Shown here one piece after another: positions 43,307 to 54,104 of a DNA stretch of 64,000 nt (position 1 is its first letter; every line of letters starts with the position of its first letter). Source of the DNA: an uncultured Spirochaetota bacterium (GTDB lineage: Bacteria > Spirochaetota > Spirochaetia > SZUA-6 > Fen-1364). Location of the stretch: NCBI GenBank assembly GCA_963734545.1, contig CAVTHO010000009.1, forward strand, positions 160,001-224,000, read 5' to 3'. The position numbers were made by a program, and so were the translations under genes. Below the pieces are notes generated by a model. That model did not search any database. It saw only the letters and a program-made list of their open reading frames with translations, and was not told the DNA's origin.

Positions 43307-44212
43307 ATGAGACACCTAGGCGCGTCCGCCCGCGAACGTTTTTCCGGCTTCCTCTTCATCTCGCCCTGGTTGATCGGCTTCATTGCATTCTACGCGGGCC
43401 CCATGCTCTTCTCGTTCATCGTGAGCTTCACCAACTGGGATTTCTTCAAGAACATGACCTTCGTGGGCCTGCGCAACTATTTCAGGATTTTCAGCCCTGA
43501 TGAGTATGCGCTGCCCGGCCTGCTGAAGACTTTCCTCTTTGTGGGCCTGGAGGTGCCGCTCCAGCTCATCGGCGCGCTTGCCATTGCGCAGCTCCTGACG
43601 AGGAAGCTCAGGGGCGTCAACCTCGCGCGCAGCCTCGTGTACCTTCCTGCCGTGATCTCGGGTCCTGCGGGAGGCCTCATCTGGCGCTTCATGCTCGGCA
43701 AGCAGACGGGGATCTTCAATTACTTCCTGTCGTTCTTCGGCGTGAAGCCGATTCCCTGGATCGATGACCCTCACTACGCGCTGTTCTCCATCATCTGCAT
43801 CGGGCTCTGGGCGGTGGGACAGCCCATGATCCTCTTCCTCGCGGCGCTGCAGGGCGTACCCGACGTCTTCTACGAAGCCGCGGAAGTGGACGGGGCAAGC
43901 GCGACGCGGAAGTTCTTCCGCATCACGCTGCCGATGATATCACCCACGATACTGTTGAATGTGATCATCATCATGATCAACCAGTTCCAGATGCTGGCGC
44001 CTCTGATCGTCATCACCTCGGGGGGACCCGCCAAGGCGACATACCTCTACTCCTACGTGGAATACGACAACGCGTTCCGGTTCATGAAAATGGGCTATGC
44101 CTCGTCTCTCTCGTGGCTCATGTTCGTCATCATGCTCGTCGTCACGCTCCTTTTGTTCCGGTCCTCCCGCAGGTGGGTGTTCTCCTACAGCGAAAGGGGA
44201 GATATCCTGTGA
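43307..44212 (+). CDS. Sugar ABC permease (MalF type)
   Basis: YEAAEVDGA..FFRITLPM EAA motif. Confidence 0.93.
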   Translation: MRHLGASARERFSGFLFISPWLIGFIAFYAGPMLFSFIVSFTNWDFFKNMTFVGLRNYFRIFSPDEYALPGLLKTFLFVGLEVPLQLIGALAIAQLLTRKLRGVNLARSLVYLPAVISGPAGGLIWRFMLGKQTGIFNYFLSFFGVKPIPWIDDPHYALFSIICIGLWAVGQPMILFLAALQGVPDVFYEAAEVDGASATRKFFRITLPMISPTILLNVIIIMINQFQMLAPLIVITSGGPAKATYLYSYVEYDNAFRFMKMGYASSLSWLMFVIMLVVTLLLFRSSRRWVFSYSERGDIL

Positions 44213-45048
44213 GGGCCTCGCGCGTGGGGAGCATTGCGGGAGCAGGCGTTCGCTACCTCATCCTGCTCGCGGTGAGCGTCGTGTTCCTCTTCCCCGTCTA
44301 CTGGGTGTTCCTCAAGGCAATCAATGGACCCATCGCCATCTTTCAGTATCCCCCCGACATCTACCCCGTTCGGTTCAGCCTGGCCAATTTCCAGAATGCC
44401 TTCCACAATTTCCACCTGGCCAGGAACTTCCTCAATACGCTCAAGATCATGGGCTTCGCGCTGGTGGGCGCTTCCCTTTCCTCCGCGGTTGTCGGATTCG
44501 GATTCGCGCGGATGCGTTTTCGGGGAAGAAACCTGCTCTTCATCGTGGTGATCGCGAGCATATTCGTCCCCTGGGACGTGAAGGTGATCCCTCAGTTCAT
44601 GGAGTTCAGCGCGCTGGGATGGATCAACACCTACCTGCCCCTGCTCGTGCCCCTGTTCTTCGGCTATCCCTTCTACATATTCATATTCCGCCAGTTCATC
44701 ACACAGATCCCGTACGAGCTCGACGAATCAGCCATCATAGACGGCTGCAGCCGCGTGGGCATCTTCATCCGGATCATTCTGCCGAACCTCACCCCGCCGT
44801 TCATCACCGTACTCGTCTACGAGTTCGTGCGGGTCTGGAACGACTTCCTCGACCCTCTCATTTACCTGAACAAGTCCAGCACCTATACGCTGAGCCTCGG
44901 CATCTACCACATCATCTCTCCGTGGTTCATGGACTGGGGGGCCCTGCTCGCCGCTTCGGCCCTCTCCGTCCTCTTCCCGGTTGTGCTATTCTTCGTATTG
45001 CAGAAATATCTCTTCGGAGGCCTCGTGCTCTCCGGGATCAAAGCGTAG
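44209..45048 (+). CDS. Sugar ABC permease (MalG type)
   Basis: ELDESAIIDG, WNDFLDPLIYL. Confidence 0.93.
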   Translation: MRASRVGSIAGAGVRYLILLAVSVVFLFPVYWVFLKAINGPIAIFQYPPDIYPVRFSLANFQNAFHNFHLARNFLNTLKIMGFALVGASLSSAVVGFGFARMRFRGRNLLFIVVIASIFVPWDVKVIPQFMEFSALGWINTYLPLLVPLFFGYPFYIFIFRQFITQIPYELDESAIIDGCSRVGIFIRIILPNLTPPFITVLVYEFVRVWNDFLDPLIYLNKSSTYTLSLGIYHIISPWFMDWGALLAASALSVLFPVVLFFVLQKYLFGGLVLSGIKA

Positions 45049-45075
45049 CCCTTCCGCGGTAGTCCGCGGAGTTGG
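45046..45075 (+). repeat. REP-like hairpin, copy B
   Basis: TAGCCCTTCCGCGGTAGTCCGCGGAGTTGG at the permease stop. Confidence 0.75.
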
Positions 45076-45135
45076 ATGGCGAGGTCGGCCGAGGCCATGG
45101 ATGGCCGAAAGGCCGACCGTTGAGGGAGGGTTACT

Positions 45136-46287
45136 GTGACAAAGACACTCGCGGCCGTTCCCCCCATGGGATGGAATTCATGGAATGGCCTCGGCGCCCG
45201 GGTGAGCGAGAAGTCAGTTCGGGAGGTGGCGGCAGCGCTCGCGTCATCCGGCATGCGCGAGCTGGGCTACCGGTATGTGGTGATCGACGACTGCTGGTCG
45301 ATGAAGACGCGGGATTCCCATGGCAACCTGGTGCCGGACCGCGAACGGTTCCCCAACGGGATGGCGGCGCTGGCCGAATTCGTGCACTCGCTCGGCATGA
45401 AGCTCGGGATCTATTCCGATGCGGCCGAGCTCACGTGCGGCAAATACCTGGGAAGCCTCGATTTCGAGGAGCAGGATGCAGCCCTGTGGGCCTCGTGGGG
45501 AATCGATTTCCTCAAATATGACTACTGCCACGCGCCTGCCGACCAGCTGACGGCAATTGCACGCTACCGACGCATGGGCGAAGCGCTCCGATCGACAGGA
45601 CGCGAGTTTCTCTTCAGCGCCTGTGAGTGGGGCGGGAGGAGCCCCTGGCTCTGGGCGCGAGATATCGGGGCTCAGATGTGGCGCGCAACCGCGGACGTCC
45701 TGGACAGCTGGACGGATGTCTTTGTCCCCCAGGCTAACTGGACAGGGATTGGAATCGACACCGCCATAGAGGCAGCTGTTCCACTGCACGAGTACGCGGG
45801 TCCCGGCGGCTGGAACGACCTTGACATGCTCGTCATCGGCCTCAAGGGCCGCGGAAACATCCCGGGTGAAGGGGCCACGTTCTTCGAATACCGATCACAG
45901 ATGTCGATGTGGTGCATGCTGTGCTCGCCTCTTATGATCGGCTGTGACATCACCGCCATGGACGAGAAGACCCGCGAGCTCTTGACGAATCCGGAGGTGA
46001 TCGCGCTGGACCAGGATCCGCTGGGAAAACAGGCAATGCGCATCCGGTCCGGGTCGGGTCAGGAAGTCTGGAAGAAGCCCCTGTCGGACGGCTCCACGGC
46101 CCTTGCGCTGCGCAACAGAGCGTCGAGCGCCGCCGATATTGCGGTGCGCGCCGGCGACCTGGGCCTGCTCGACTCATACAGGGGGCGCGTACGCGATCTC
46201 TGGAAGCATGAAGACGGAGACTTCAGCTCACCGCTCTCCCGCCGGGTTCTGCCGCACGATACCGTGCTGCTGAAGATCGGGCCGTAG
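45136..46287 (+). CDS. GH27 alpha-galactosidase family protein
   Basis: PPMGWNSW, IDDCW, DFLKYDYC, WRATAD, WNDLDML. Confidence 0.93.
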   Translation: MTKTLAAVPPMGWNSWNGLGARVSEKSVREVAAALASSGMRELGYRYVVIDDCWSMKTRDSHGNLVPDRERFPNGMAALAEFVHSLGMKLGIYSDAAELTCGKYLGSLDFEEQDAALWASWGIDFLKYDYCHAPADQLTAIARYRRMGEALRSTGREFLFSACEWGGRSPWLWARDIGAQMWRATADVLDSWTDVFVPQANWTGIGIDTAIEAAVPLHEYAGPGGWNDLDMLVIGLKGRGNIPGEGATFFEYRSQMSMWCMLCSPLMIGCDITAMDEKTRELLTNPEVIALDQDPLGKQAMRIRSGSGQEVWKKPLSDGSTALALRNRASSAADIAVRAGDLGLLDSYRGRVRDLWKHEDGDFSSPLSRRVLPHDTVLLKIGP

Positions 46288-46293
46288 AGCCTC

Positions 46294-48912
46294 CTACGTG
46301 CAGAGCCTCACCAGGGTGAGGCGGCGCGATCGCAGTCGAACCTCCGCCATCCCATCGACAACCGGCAGGGCATCACGATCGTCCTCGAGCGTTCCGCAGA
46401 GAAATGCGGCGCGCACGGGCGCTCCGCCGGGCCGCAGCCGGGCCGTCGTCTCATCCCTCCCCACGCATGTCAGGCGCAGCATGGTTCCCCGGCCGTCTGC
46501 CGCCGGCTTTGCATGATTGACGAGGACCCCTTCCCCTTCAACCACGAGCAGCCTGCCCTCCCGCGCGCCATTCGTGACGAACGCCGGATGCGCGAGCAGG
46601 GGGTGGATGAACTCTCGCGCGCACGGGATGAGCCCTGCCGCGTCCGCGGCAGAGGATGTCAAAAACCCGTATCGAAGCACGGTGAGGCCGGGCTGGGTAA
46701 GGGGGTAGTTGGTGTACCAGTAGTTGTTCATCGGCCAGGCCAGAAGGAGCGGTCTTTCCGGCCGCGGCACTTCACCGAGCAGCCGGCCGAATCCGAATCC
46801 GCCTGCCTGCACGAGCGTTGCGTCCGGACAGAAGAGGGCAGCCACCCGGCCCGCGCCCTGCATGGCCGCGAAGGTGTCGACGCTCATCCATCCTCGACTG
46901 CTTCCCGGAAGCTGCTCCCTGTCGAGCTCCACCGGCACTCCTGCCGTGTCGAACAGGCACTGCCACGAGGCGGGGAGATCGAGCGGAAAGGCGAAGTAGA
47001 TTGACTCAGGCTCCGTGCAGTCCGTCTTGTCCAGTGCTGCCTCCAGCTCCATGCAGGGAGAGTCGGCCCGCAGGGTGATTCGCTGCCGCAGGCTCCTGAC
47101 CCCGGGCGCTTCCAGATACCGGATGAAGGAGATCGAGTCGGCGTCCCGTTCGACGCCGAGAGAGAGCAGGCGGGAGGCCCGCCGCCGCTCGGCGCGCCAC
47201 CCGGTTTTCCAGCAGTGCTGATCGAGCTTCTCCCTTTCCAGGTCCCGTTCATAGAAGGCCTTCCGCGTGCCGTCAAAGAGCGGGTCGGGCCGCTCATGCA
47301 CGACATCGAAGAAAGCATATTCGCTCTCTCTCGGAACAGCTTCCCATCCCAGGGTCTTGTCGAGAAGCGAGGTGACGCGTCCCGTGGAGGAATCGAATGA
47401 AAGCCGATGGAAGGGCGACTCGATGATTGTCGAGGTTCCTCCCTGCACACGGGATGCAAGCCCGGGATTTCTCGGGGCGGGTACAAGACCGGAGAGCGGC
47501 AATTTCATCCAGCCGAAAGCCGGCAGCTCGAAGGGACCGTAGACGACACCGCGCGCACGTCCCTCGGCCTGCTCCGCCCAGGTGAAACGGACACTCCGCA
47601 GGCTCTTGCCCGGTTGCTTCCACGTGTCGGGCACCCGCACGTACGCCCGGCGCGCCGTTTGAACGGGATTCAGTATAAGGAGGTGATCGGGTCTCGCGGA
47701 CTGCGCCGGATTGGCCGCCAGGCTTTCCAGCTCGCCGATGAGCAGGTATTCCGCGCGCTCGCGCGCCTGATGTGCAAGCGCGGTCTTCAAAGCGGATTGC
47801 GCACGCGCGGGAGGCAGCTCGGGCGCGGGGTCCCAGTAGGTCCACGTATGCTCGCAGAACAGCGCGAGGTCCGCCCACGCCTGATCGGAGACTTTCTTCG
47901 CGGCCGCCCTGCGCGGAATCCCGGCTCCCCGCTCCTCGGCCGCGCGGGCCCCGGAGAGCAGCTCCGCGCGCTCGAGAGTGAACCGCGCCTTCCTGCTCAC
48001 CGCTGTCTCGTACGCCGTGCTGCCACTGCCGAAGCTCCAATAGTCGGTCCAGTCGCCGCTCAGCACCGGGAGGGAGGCGGGTGCAATCCTGCGGAGCCGC
48101 GCGAGCAGGTCCGCAGGAGTGACGTAGCGGATAGGGGGAGTGCCGACCGACTCATTCCATTGCCTGATGAGCCCCGCCACCCAGGGATTCGGCGGCGAAT
48201 TGTCCCAAGCTTCAGGGGAGTTGGTGGTCGTCAGGTAGAGGAAGTCATGCGGGTATCCGCTTTGCTCGAGGCGCGCGCAGAAGCCTGACAGGCCTTCCCG
48301 CATTCGCTCTATGGAATTGTCCCAGGTCCTCAGGAGCTGATCGAACATCGTGTAGTGGCTGCCGTTCATGACCAGGAGCCTGCGCCCCGAGGGGGCTGTC
48401 CAGAGGAAGACCCCCGGTCGCGGTGAGACGAAATGTCCGTTGTCAATATTCACTGCCATGGTCAACAGCTCGATGCCCGCGTCCATCATCAGGTCCGCGA
48501 GCGGCCACGCGACGCCATTCACGTCATGCTGGTTGAGGGTGACAATGGGAATCCCGAACCTGCGTCGCAGCGCCCCGAGCGGGGCAAGCTGGCGGCTGAG
48601 AATCTCGGCGCTGCACAACGGCGACGTGTTGTACTGCATTGCCGAGATGCCAAGGCGCCCCTGGGAGAGAAAGGTCTGGAACCGGTGGAGGTCCTTCTCG
48701 TCCGCGGTCTCCATCCAGCGCAGGACAGGCGCGGTTACCTCGCAGGTCCATTTGGGCCGCGAGTGCGCGGGCCAGTCGGCAGTCTCCGACAGCATCTCGA
48801 GCGCCTGGTCGATGTATTCGCTGTGGAGCTCCCAGACGATGGGCGGGGAGTGCGTGTAGCCCACGTCCAGGTGGCTGTGATGCAGGACGAGGATCTCCCG
48901 GATCTCCGGCAT
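46294..48912 (-). CDS. GH38-like glycoside hydrolase
   Basis: HHSHLDVGYT, QHDVNG, GDWTDYW, CEHTW, MNNYWYTNY. Confidence 0.75.
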   Translation of the reverse strand: MPEIREILVLHHSHLDVGYTHSPPIVWELHSEYIDQALEMLSETADWPAHSRPKWTCEVTAPVLRWMETADEKDLHRFQTFLSQGRLGISAMQYNTSPLCSAEILSRQLAPLGALRRRFGIPIVTLNQHDVNGVAWPLADLMMDAGIELLTMAVNIDNGHFVSPRPGVFLWTAPSGRRLLVMNGSHYTMFDQLLRTWDNSIERMREGLSGFCARLEQSGYPHDFLYLTTTNSPEAWDNSPPNPWVAGLIRQWNESVGTPPIRYVTPADLLARLRRIAPASLPVLSGDWTDYWSFGSGSTAYETAVSRKARFTLERAELLSGARAAEERGAGIPRRAAAKKVSDQAWADLALFCEHTWTYWDPAPELPPARAQSALKTALAHQARERAEYLLIGELESLAANPAQSARPDHLLILNPVQTARRAYVRVPDTWKQPGKSLRSVRFTWAEQAEGRARGVVYGPFELPAFGWMKLPLSGLVPAPRNPGLASRVQGGTSTIIESPFHRLSFDSSTGRVTSLLDKTLGWEAVPRESEYAFFDVVHERPDPLFDGTRKAFYERDLEREKLDQHCWKTGWRAERRRASRLLSLGVERDADSISFIRYLEAPGVRSLRQRITLRADSPCMELEAALDKTDCTEPESIYFAFPLDLPASWQCLFDTAGVPVELDREQLPGSSRGWMSVDTFAAMQGAGRVAALFCPDATLVQAGGFGFGRLLGEVPRPERPLLLAWPMNNYWYTNYPLTQPGLTVLRYGFLTSSAADAAGLIPCAREFIHPLLAHPAFVTNGAREGRLLVVEGEGVLVNHAKPAADGRGTMLRLTCVGRDETTARLRPGGAPVRAAFLCGTLEDDRDALPVVDGMAEVRLRSRRLTLVRLCT

Positions 48913-48922
48913 GAGGAGTCGG

Positions 48923-50675
48923 CTACTCTCTCTCGTGCAGCAGCACCTTGAGCTGCTTGATCTCGCTCACGAGCCGGTCCCTGCCCATCTCCCTGAACCG
49001 GCGCGGCACCATCTCGCGGCTCGTGCACTCCAGCACCGCCACAAGGTTCTGCAGCTCGATCTCGTGCGGATACGCGGGCGGCATGAAGTCCTGAATCGTT
49101 TCCTCCAGGTCCCCCTTTGTCACGAAGACGTGGTTGTTCATCGCGGAGAGGAACTTGGCGCGAATGAGCACCGATTCGAGGTCAGCGCCCGAGAACTCGT
49201 ATTTGTACCGACGGAAGAGGTCGGCCACGTTCGTCTTCTGCATGCGCAGGTTGAGCTTCTTGACCAGCGTGGCGAACAGGTCTTCTTTCTCCTCTATGTT
49301 TTCCGGGTAGAAAAGGGCGAGGTGCTCCTCCGCCCTCCCCTGCCGCTTGAGGTCGATCGGCAGAAGGTCCGGACGGCAGGTAATGAGAAACCAGATTATC
49401 TTTCCCCGGTACTCGGTGTTTCCCATGAAGGAGGCGATCTGGCCGAAGATCCTGTTGCTCGTTCCCGAATCCCCGTCCTGGTTCCTGTCTCCCAGGAAAG
49501 CGTCCGCTTCGTCGATCATCACCCCGACGGGCGCCATGGCCTTGAGGATGTTGAGGATCTTCTCCAGATTGCTCTCCGTGACGCCCTGCCACTTGGAGCG
49601 GAAATTGCGGAACTTCACGATCGGGATGCCGATATCCCCTGTAAAGGCGGTGACCATGAAGCTCTTGCCCGTGCCCACCGGACCGGGCAATGAGATACCC
49701 CATGGGCAGCACGTCGAACCGGCTCTCGCGGATGGCCTTTGCGGCGCTGCGAAACCTCTTTTTCACGAAATCGTGACCGGAGACGGCCGAAAGGTCGTGC
49801 TCGCTCTCGATGAACTCCAGGAGGCCGACCGCTTCCGCCTCGATAATCTGCTTCTTCTTCTCTTTCAGATAGCCGAGCCCGATCTCCCGGTCCTCCTGGA
49901 AGCTCTCCGCGGCGAGCTGGTTGAGGTTCACGAGGTTCAGGCCGCTCGTGATGCCGGCGAACTCGGGTATGGTGAGCGTTTCCTCCAGCAGGAGCTTGCC
50001 GTTCCTGTCCAGGAAATGCAGGAAGCTCTCCCGCACTTTCTCGTCCGGAATGGGGAGGTTCACCTTGATTGCGCTGGGTGAGCGCACGATGGTCGGGTTG
50101 AGGTCCGCCAGGTTCTCCGTAAGAAGGAGGATCGATACGTCGCCCTGCGTGAAGATCGGATCATTGGCCCAGCGATTGAGGGTGACCAGGCAGTAGCGGT
50201 CCTCGTCGGTATAGCGGGAGATATCCGTGTTGGGGACCACCGTTTCAGAGTAGTCGATGATGAGCACGATGCGCTTGTTGTGCGTGATATTGGCGTAGAA
50301 GTATTTCTCCAGATGGCTGAGCGCCTTCACCGGATTGCGTGAGAGCAGGTTTCCCGGCGTGGCGTGCGGCATGAGATGCTTCATCTTCTCCAGATAGTCT
50401 TTTTTCATTTCGGGCTTGCAGAAGCTCACCCCAGAGGAGCGGTCATAGAAAACGATGATGTCCCTGTTTCCGAAAAGCACCTCGGACACGTAGTCCTGTA
50501 TCTTCACGAAATTGAACTCCCCCTCTTTCATCTTGTGAGGGAGAAAATCCCGTATGTTGCCGGAAAGCAGATAGAGATTCGCGGTCTTCGAGCAGTACTT
50601 GTAGGAAAGCTCCTGCGCCCAGGCAGGGAGCACCTTGATGAAGGGCAAATTCTTGACAATGAGCTGTTCAGCCAT
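48923..50675 (-). CDS. AAA+ ATPase with degenerate N-terminal AAA domain (Ycf46/SpoVK-like; frameshift ~49687)
   Basis: GPVGTGKS, SKWQGVTE, VMIDEAD, LKRQGR, FSGADLE. Confidence 0.85.
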
Positions 50676-50795
50676 CGTTCCCCTCCCAAGGAATAGATAA
50701 GCTACCTATGAGTATAGGGGCAAAAACAGTACGCCGTCAACCTTCGGGAAAGTGAGATGGGAGGGTGAGACTGGCCGGCGCGGCGTGGAAGAGAC

Positions 50796-50832
50796 AAAAA
50801 AAGCGCCTCCGCGGAGTATCGCGGAAGCGCTA
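50796..50832 (-). repeat. REP-like hairpin, copy C, with U-tract (probable terminator)
   Basis: Minus strand TAGCGCTTCCGCGATACTCCGCGGAGGCGC then T7, 6 nt after the SBP stop. Confidence 0.7.
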
Positions 50833-50838
50833 TGACTT

Positions 50839-51834
50839 CTAGCGGATACCCTGATCGATCAGGGGCTTGATTGTCCCGACGTTCTGCGGAGTCACGGTTC
50901 CGACGCCGGTGTCGATGTGCAGACCGGGGATCAGGTAGCGCTTGGTCATGACGATCTGCATGACCGGGAAGGTAGCCCTGAAGGTAGAGCACCTGGTCGA
51001 AGCTCGCGCTGATCCAGCCGCCCTGAATGGCGCTGACCGTGGCGGGTGAAAGGTCGATGCCGCCGCAGATGATGTCGCCGGGCTTCTTCCCCGCCGCCTG
51101 GAGGACCTTGGGAAGGACGGCGGTGATGCTGCCGTGCTGGGTGCCGATGGCCTTCAGATCGGGATGGGCCTGGAGGTACGCGGTGAGGATGGGGATGGCC
51201 AGCGAGGTGTCGCTGTCCACTGCGGCGGAGACATCCAGCTTGTCGACCTTGAGCCCCGCCTTGGCCAGCGCGTCATACACGCCCTGGCTGCTCCTGCTCC
51301 TGCCTTCCTGGTGCCAGATGTCATAGACAAGCGCCTTGTCGCCCGCCTTCAGGCCTGCCCTCACCATCGCCTGCCCCGTCAGGTAGCCGCCCTGATACAG
51401 GTCGGCGCCCGCATATCCAAAGCCCTTGGTCTGGTACTTGGCCTCGATGGTCGGGAGCGGGTTGTTGCCGCTGGTGACGATGATGCCCTGGGCCTCGGCC
51501 TGATCCACGAGCGCCGCGAAGGCGGGCTCTCCGGGATGTCCCATGATGGCGATGCCGTCAGGGTTGGCAGCCATGGCCTGCTTGAACTGGTCGATCATGG
51601 TCTGCTGATCCCACTTCGAATACTGCTCGATCAGCTTGACATTGTTCAGGGCTGCGGCCGCCCGCGCGCCGTTGGTCCGTGCCAGCGTAGCGCCGTCCCC
51701 CTGCGTGCCGCCGCACTGCATGTAAATGACGATCTGCTTGCCGGCGGCTTCCTTCTGCCCCCGGCCCATGCCTGAGTGGAGAAAAGGACGCCGAAAACGA
51801 CGAGTGAAAGAACTACCCACTTCAACTTACGCAC
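50839..51834 (-). CDS. Monosaccharide ABC substrate-binding protein (CUT2; frameshifts ~51770, ~50967)
   Basis: AMAANPDGIAIMGHPG, GADLYQGGY, DQVLYLQGY. Confidence 0.88.
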
Positions 51835-51968
51835 GGATACCTCCCTCTGTGAATGGAATAAGGCCTTACGCCTCGAAGACGCGCGGCCGCTCTGGTGAAG
51901 AACTGAAAACCAATTCCCCCTTTCATGACGGGATCGAGTGCCCGCGTGCCAACGGCACGCGATTTCGC

Positions 51969-53028
51969 TCATGCGTTATCATCGCGCTTGTTCTCTTTGC
52001 CCGGCGGCGCCGCTTCGGGCACGGCCCATTTGCGGGCGGTTCGGGACAGCATCGAGATGCCTTCTTCACCGATGACCACGTTGAGGATCACCGAGGCTGC
52101 CATGACGAGCCCCTCCACGAGCTGCACCCAGTAGCCGCCGATGCCCGTGGCAACGACGCCGGCTTCCAGGGAACCTATGATGTAGGAGCCGAAGAACGTG
52201 CCCACGAGCACGCCCGTGCCACCGGCAATGGAGGTACCGCCGATGAAAACCGCGGCCATCACGGGAAGAAGCATTCCCTGTCCCTGCGTGGGGAAGAAGA
52301 CGTTGATTTCCATCGTAAGGAGAAGCCCGGCAAAAGCGGCAATCACGCCGTGCAGGGTGAAGAGCCGTATCCGGGTGGCCTCCACGTTGATACCCATCAC
52401 GCGCGCAACCTCGGCATTGTCGCCGATGAACATGATCGCCTCGCCGAACTTGTGCCTGTTGAGAATGAACCAGAAAAAGACCGTGAGCCCCAGGGCCCAG
52501 AGCGCCTGGACGGGAAAGATCCCGAAGAGCCGGCCGACGAACACCGTATGGATCGTCGTGGAGATGATCTCCTGGATGTTGATCTGGAGCCCTCCCGCGA
52601 TCAGGAGCGTGACTCCGTACCAGAAGAACTGAGCGGCCAGGGTGGCCATGATCGAGGGTACCCGCAGCCGCGCCACCAGGAGGCCGTTGACATAGCCCAC
52701 CAGCGCGCCGGCCGCGATGGCAAGAATGAAGCCGATCAGGGGCGTCGTCGGAAAGGTCTTGAACCACCAGGTGAAGACGAACCCCGCCAGTGCCACCACG
52801 GCGGGAAAGCTCAGGTCGATCTCACCTGCGGTGATGATGAAGGTGAGCCCGAGGGCGAGAACCAGCATGGGGGGCACGGTCTGAAAGAATGACATGTAGA
52901 TCCTGTAGCCGGTGAACACCGAGGGCGCGGTGAAAATGAATACCACGTACAGGACGGCGAGCACCATCCGCGATGGGCAGGCCCTCCAGCTTGCCGAGAA
53001 ACGCGAAACGAGACGTTCCTCGATTCAT
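51969..53028 (-). CDS. Monosaccharide ABC permease (frameshift ~52970)
   Basis: GEIDLS, PSIMATL, AAVFIGGTSIAGG. Confidence 0.9.
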
Positions 53029-53815
53029 GGCTTCACCTTGTCCTTCAAGCCGTGCGAGTACTCGAGGAGGAACTCGTCCAGTTCCTTCAGGGATATTTCC
53101 GCCTTCGCGATGCTTGCCACGATCTCCCCCCTGTCGATGACGATGAAACGGTCGGAGATCTCGTAGACGTCGGTGATGTTGTGCGAGATGTAGATGCTCG
53201 CCTTTCCCGCCTCCTTGATCTTGTGCACGAAGTTCAGCACCTTCCGCACTTCCTTCAGGGAAAGCGCGACCGTAGGCTCGTCGAGGATGATGAGATCTGC
53301 CTCGAAATGCATTGCCCTGCCTATGGCCACACCCTGGCGCTCTCCCCCGGAGAGCTTGTTCGCCTTCGAATCCACGCCGATCCCCTTGCCCCGAAAACCG
53401 ATGGTGTTGACCATGATCTCGGTGGCGACCTGCTTTTCCTCTTTGACCTTCAGGAATCCGAACGGGTAGGTGATCTCCCGGCCGATGAAGAAGTTCCTCC
53501 ACATGGCCTGCTTTTCCCCGAGAGACTTGTCCTGGTAGACGGTCTCGATTCCCAGCGCGTGCGCCTTCTTCACGGTATAGGAGCGCGTGTCGACCTTCTG
53601 ATCCGCGATGTAAAGATCCCCGCTGGTGGGCGGGAAGACCCCGGTGAGAATCTTGACCAGCGTGGACTTTGCCGGCGCCGTTGTCGCCGATGAGCCCGAC
53701 GATTTCATTGTGACCGACCTCGAAATTGATGTTCTTTCAGCGCGCACACCGATCCGAAGTACTTCTCGATGTTGACCATGCGCAGCGCGGTGCGCTGCTG
53801 GGGAGGTTCAGCCAC
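53025..53815 (-). CDS. Sugar ABC ATP-binding protein (frameshifts ~53735, ~53672)
   Basis: NIEKYFG, GDNGAGKST after frame correction, LSGGERQ, ILDEPT. Confidence 0.9.
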
Positions 53816-53967
53816 GAATCGATCTCCTTTCATGCGGTCCCGCCTGATGAGCACAGTGGCGACCCGTGACAAGAAAAAGGTACAGCCTATGCCTATCGAC
53901 TGGGCGCATGATAACATGCGAGCATTGACTTTGCAACATTTTTTTCAAGAACTCTTGGGCCGCAGCA

Positions 53968-54094
53968 TGTATCATATCAGATATTCTGGCCTGATTTGAC
54001 AATCCGAGCAGCAATGGGGAAAGAAAAGCAAATCCGGAGGGAATTATAAGCTTTGACTTTCTGCCAGGGATAAGGTACAACTTGTATCATCAGG
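53968..54094. promoter_or_regulatory. Putative repressor operators in the divergent promoter
   Basis: TTGTATCATCAGG (54082-54094), TTGTCAAATCAGG (minus, 53990-54002), related ATGTATCATATCAG (53968). Confidence 0.45.
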
Positions 54095-54104
54095 AAACTG
54101 AAGG

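Noticed and set aside
45083-45118. GCCATGGATGGC hairpin (and GGCAGGGATGCC at ~59336) as a second repeat family
   Set aside because: Only two loosely similar copies in the window, too few to support a family
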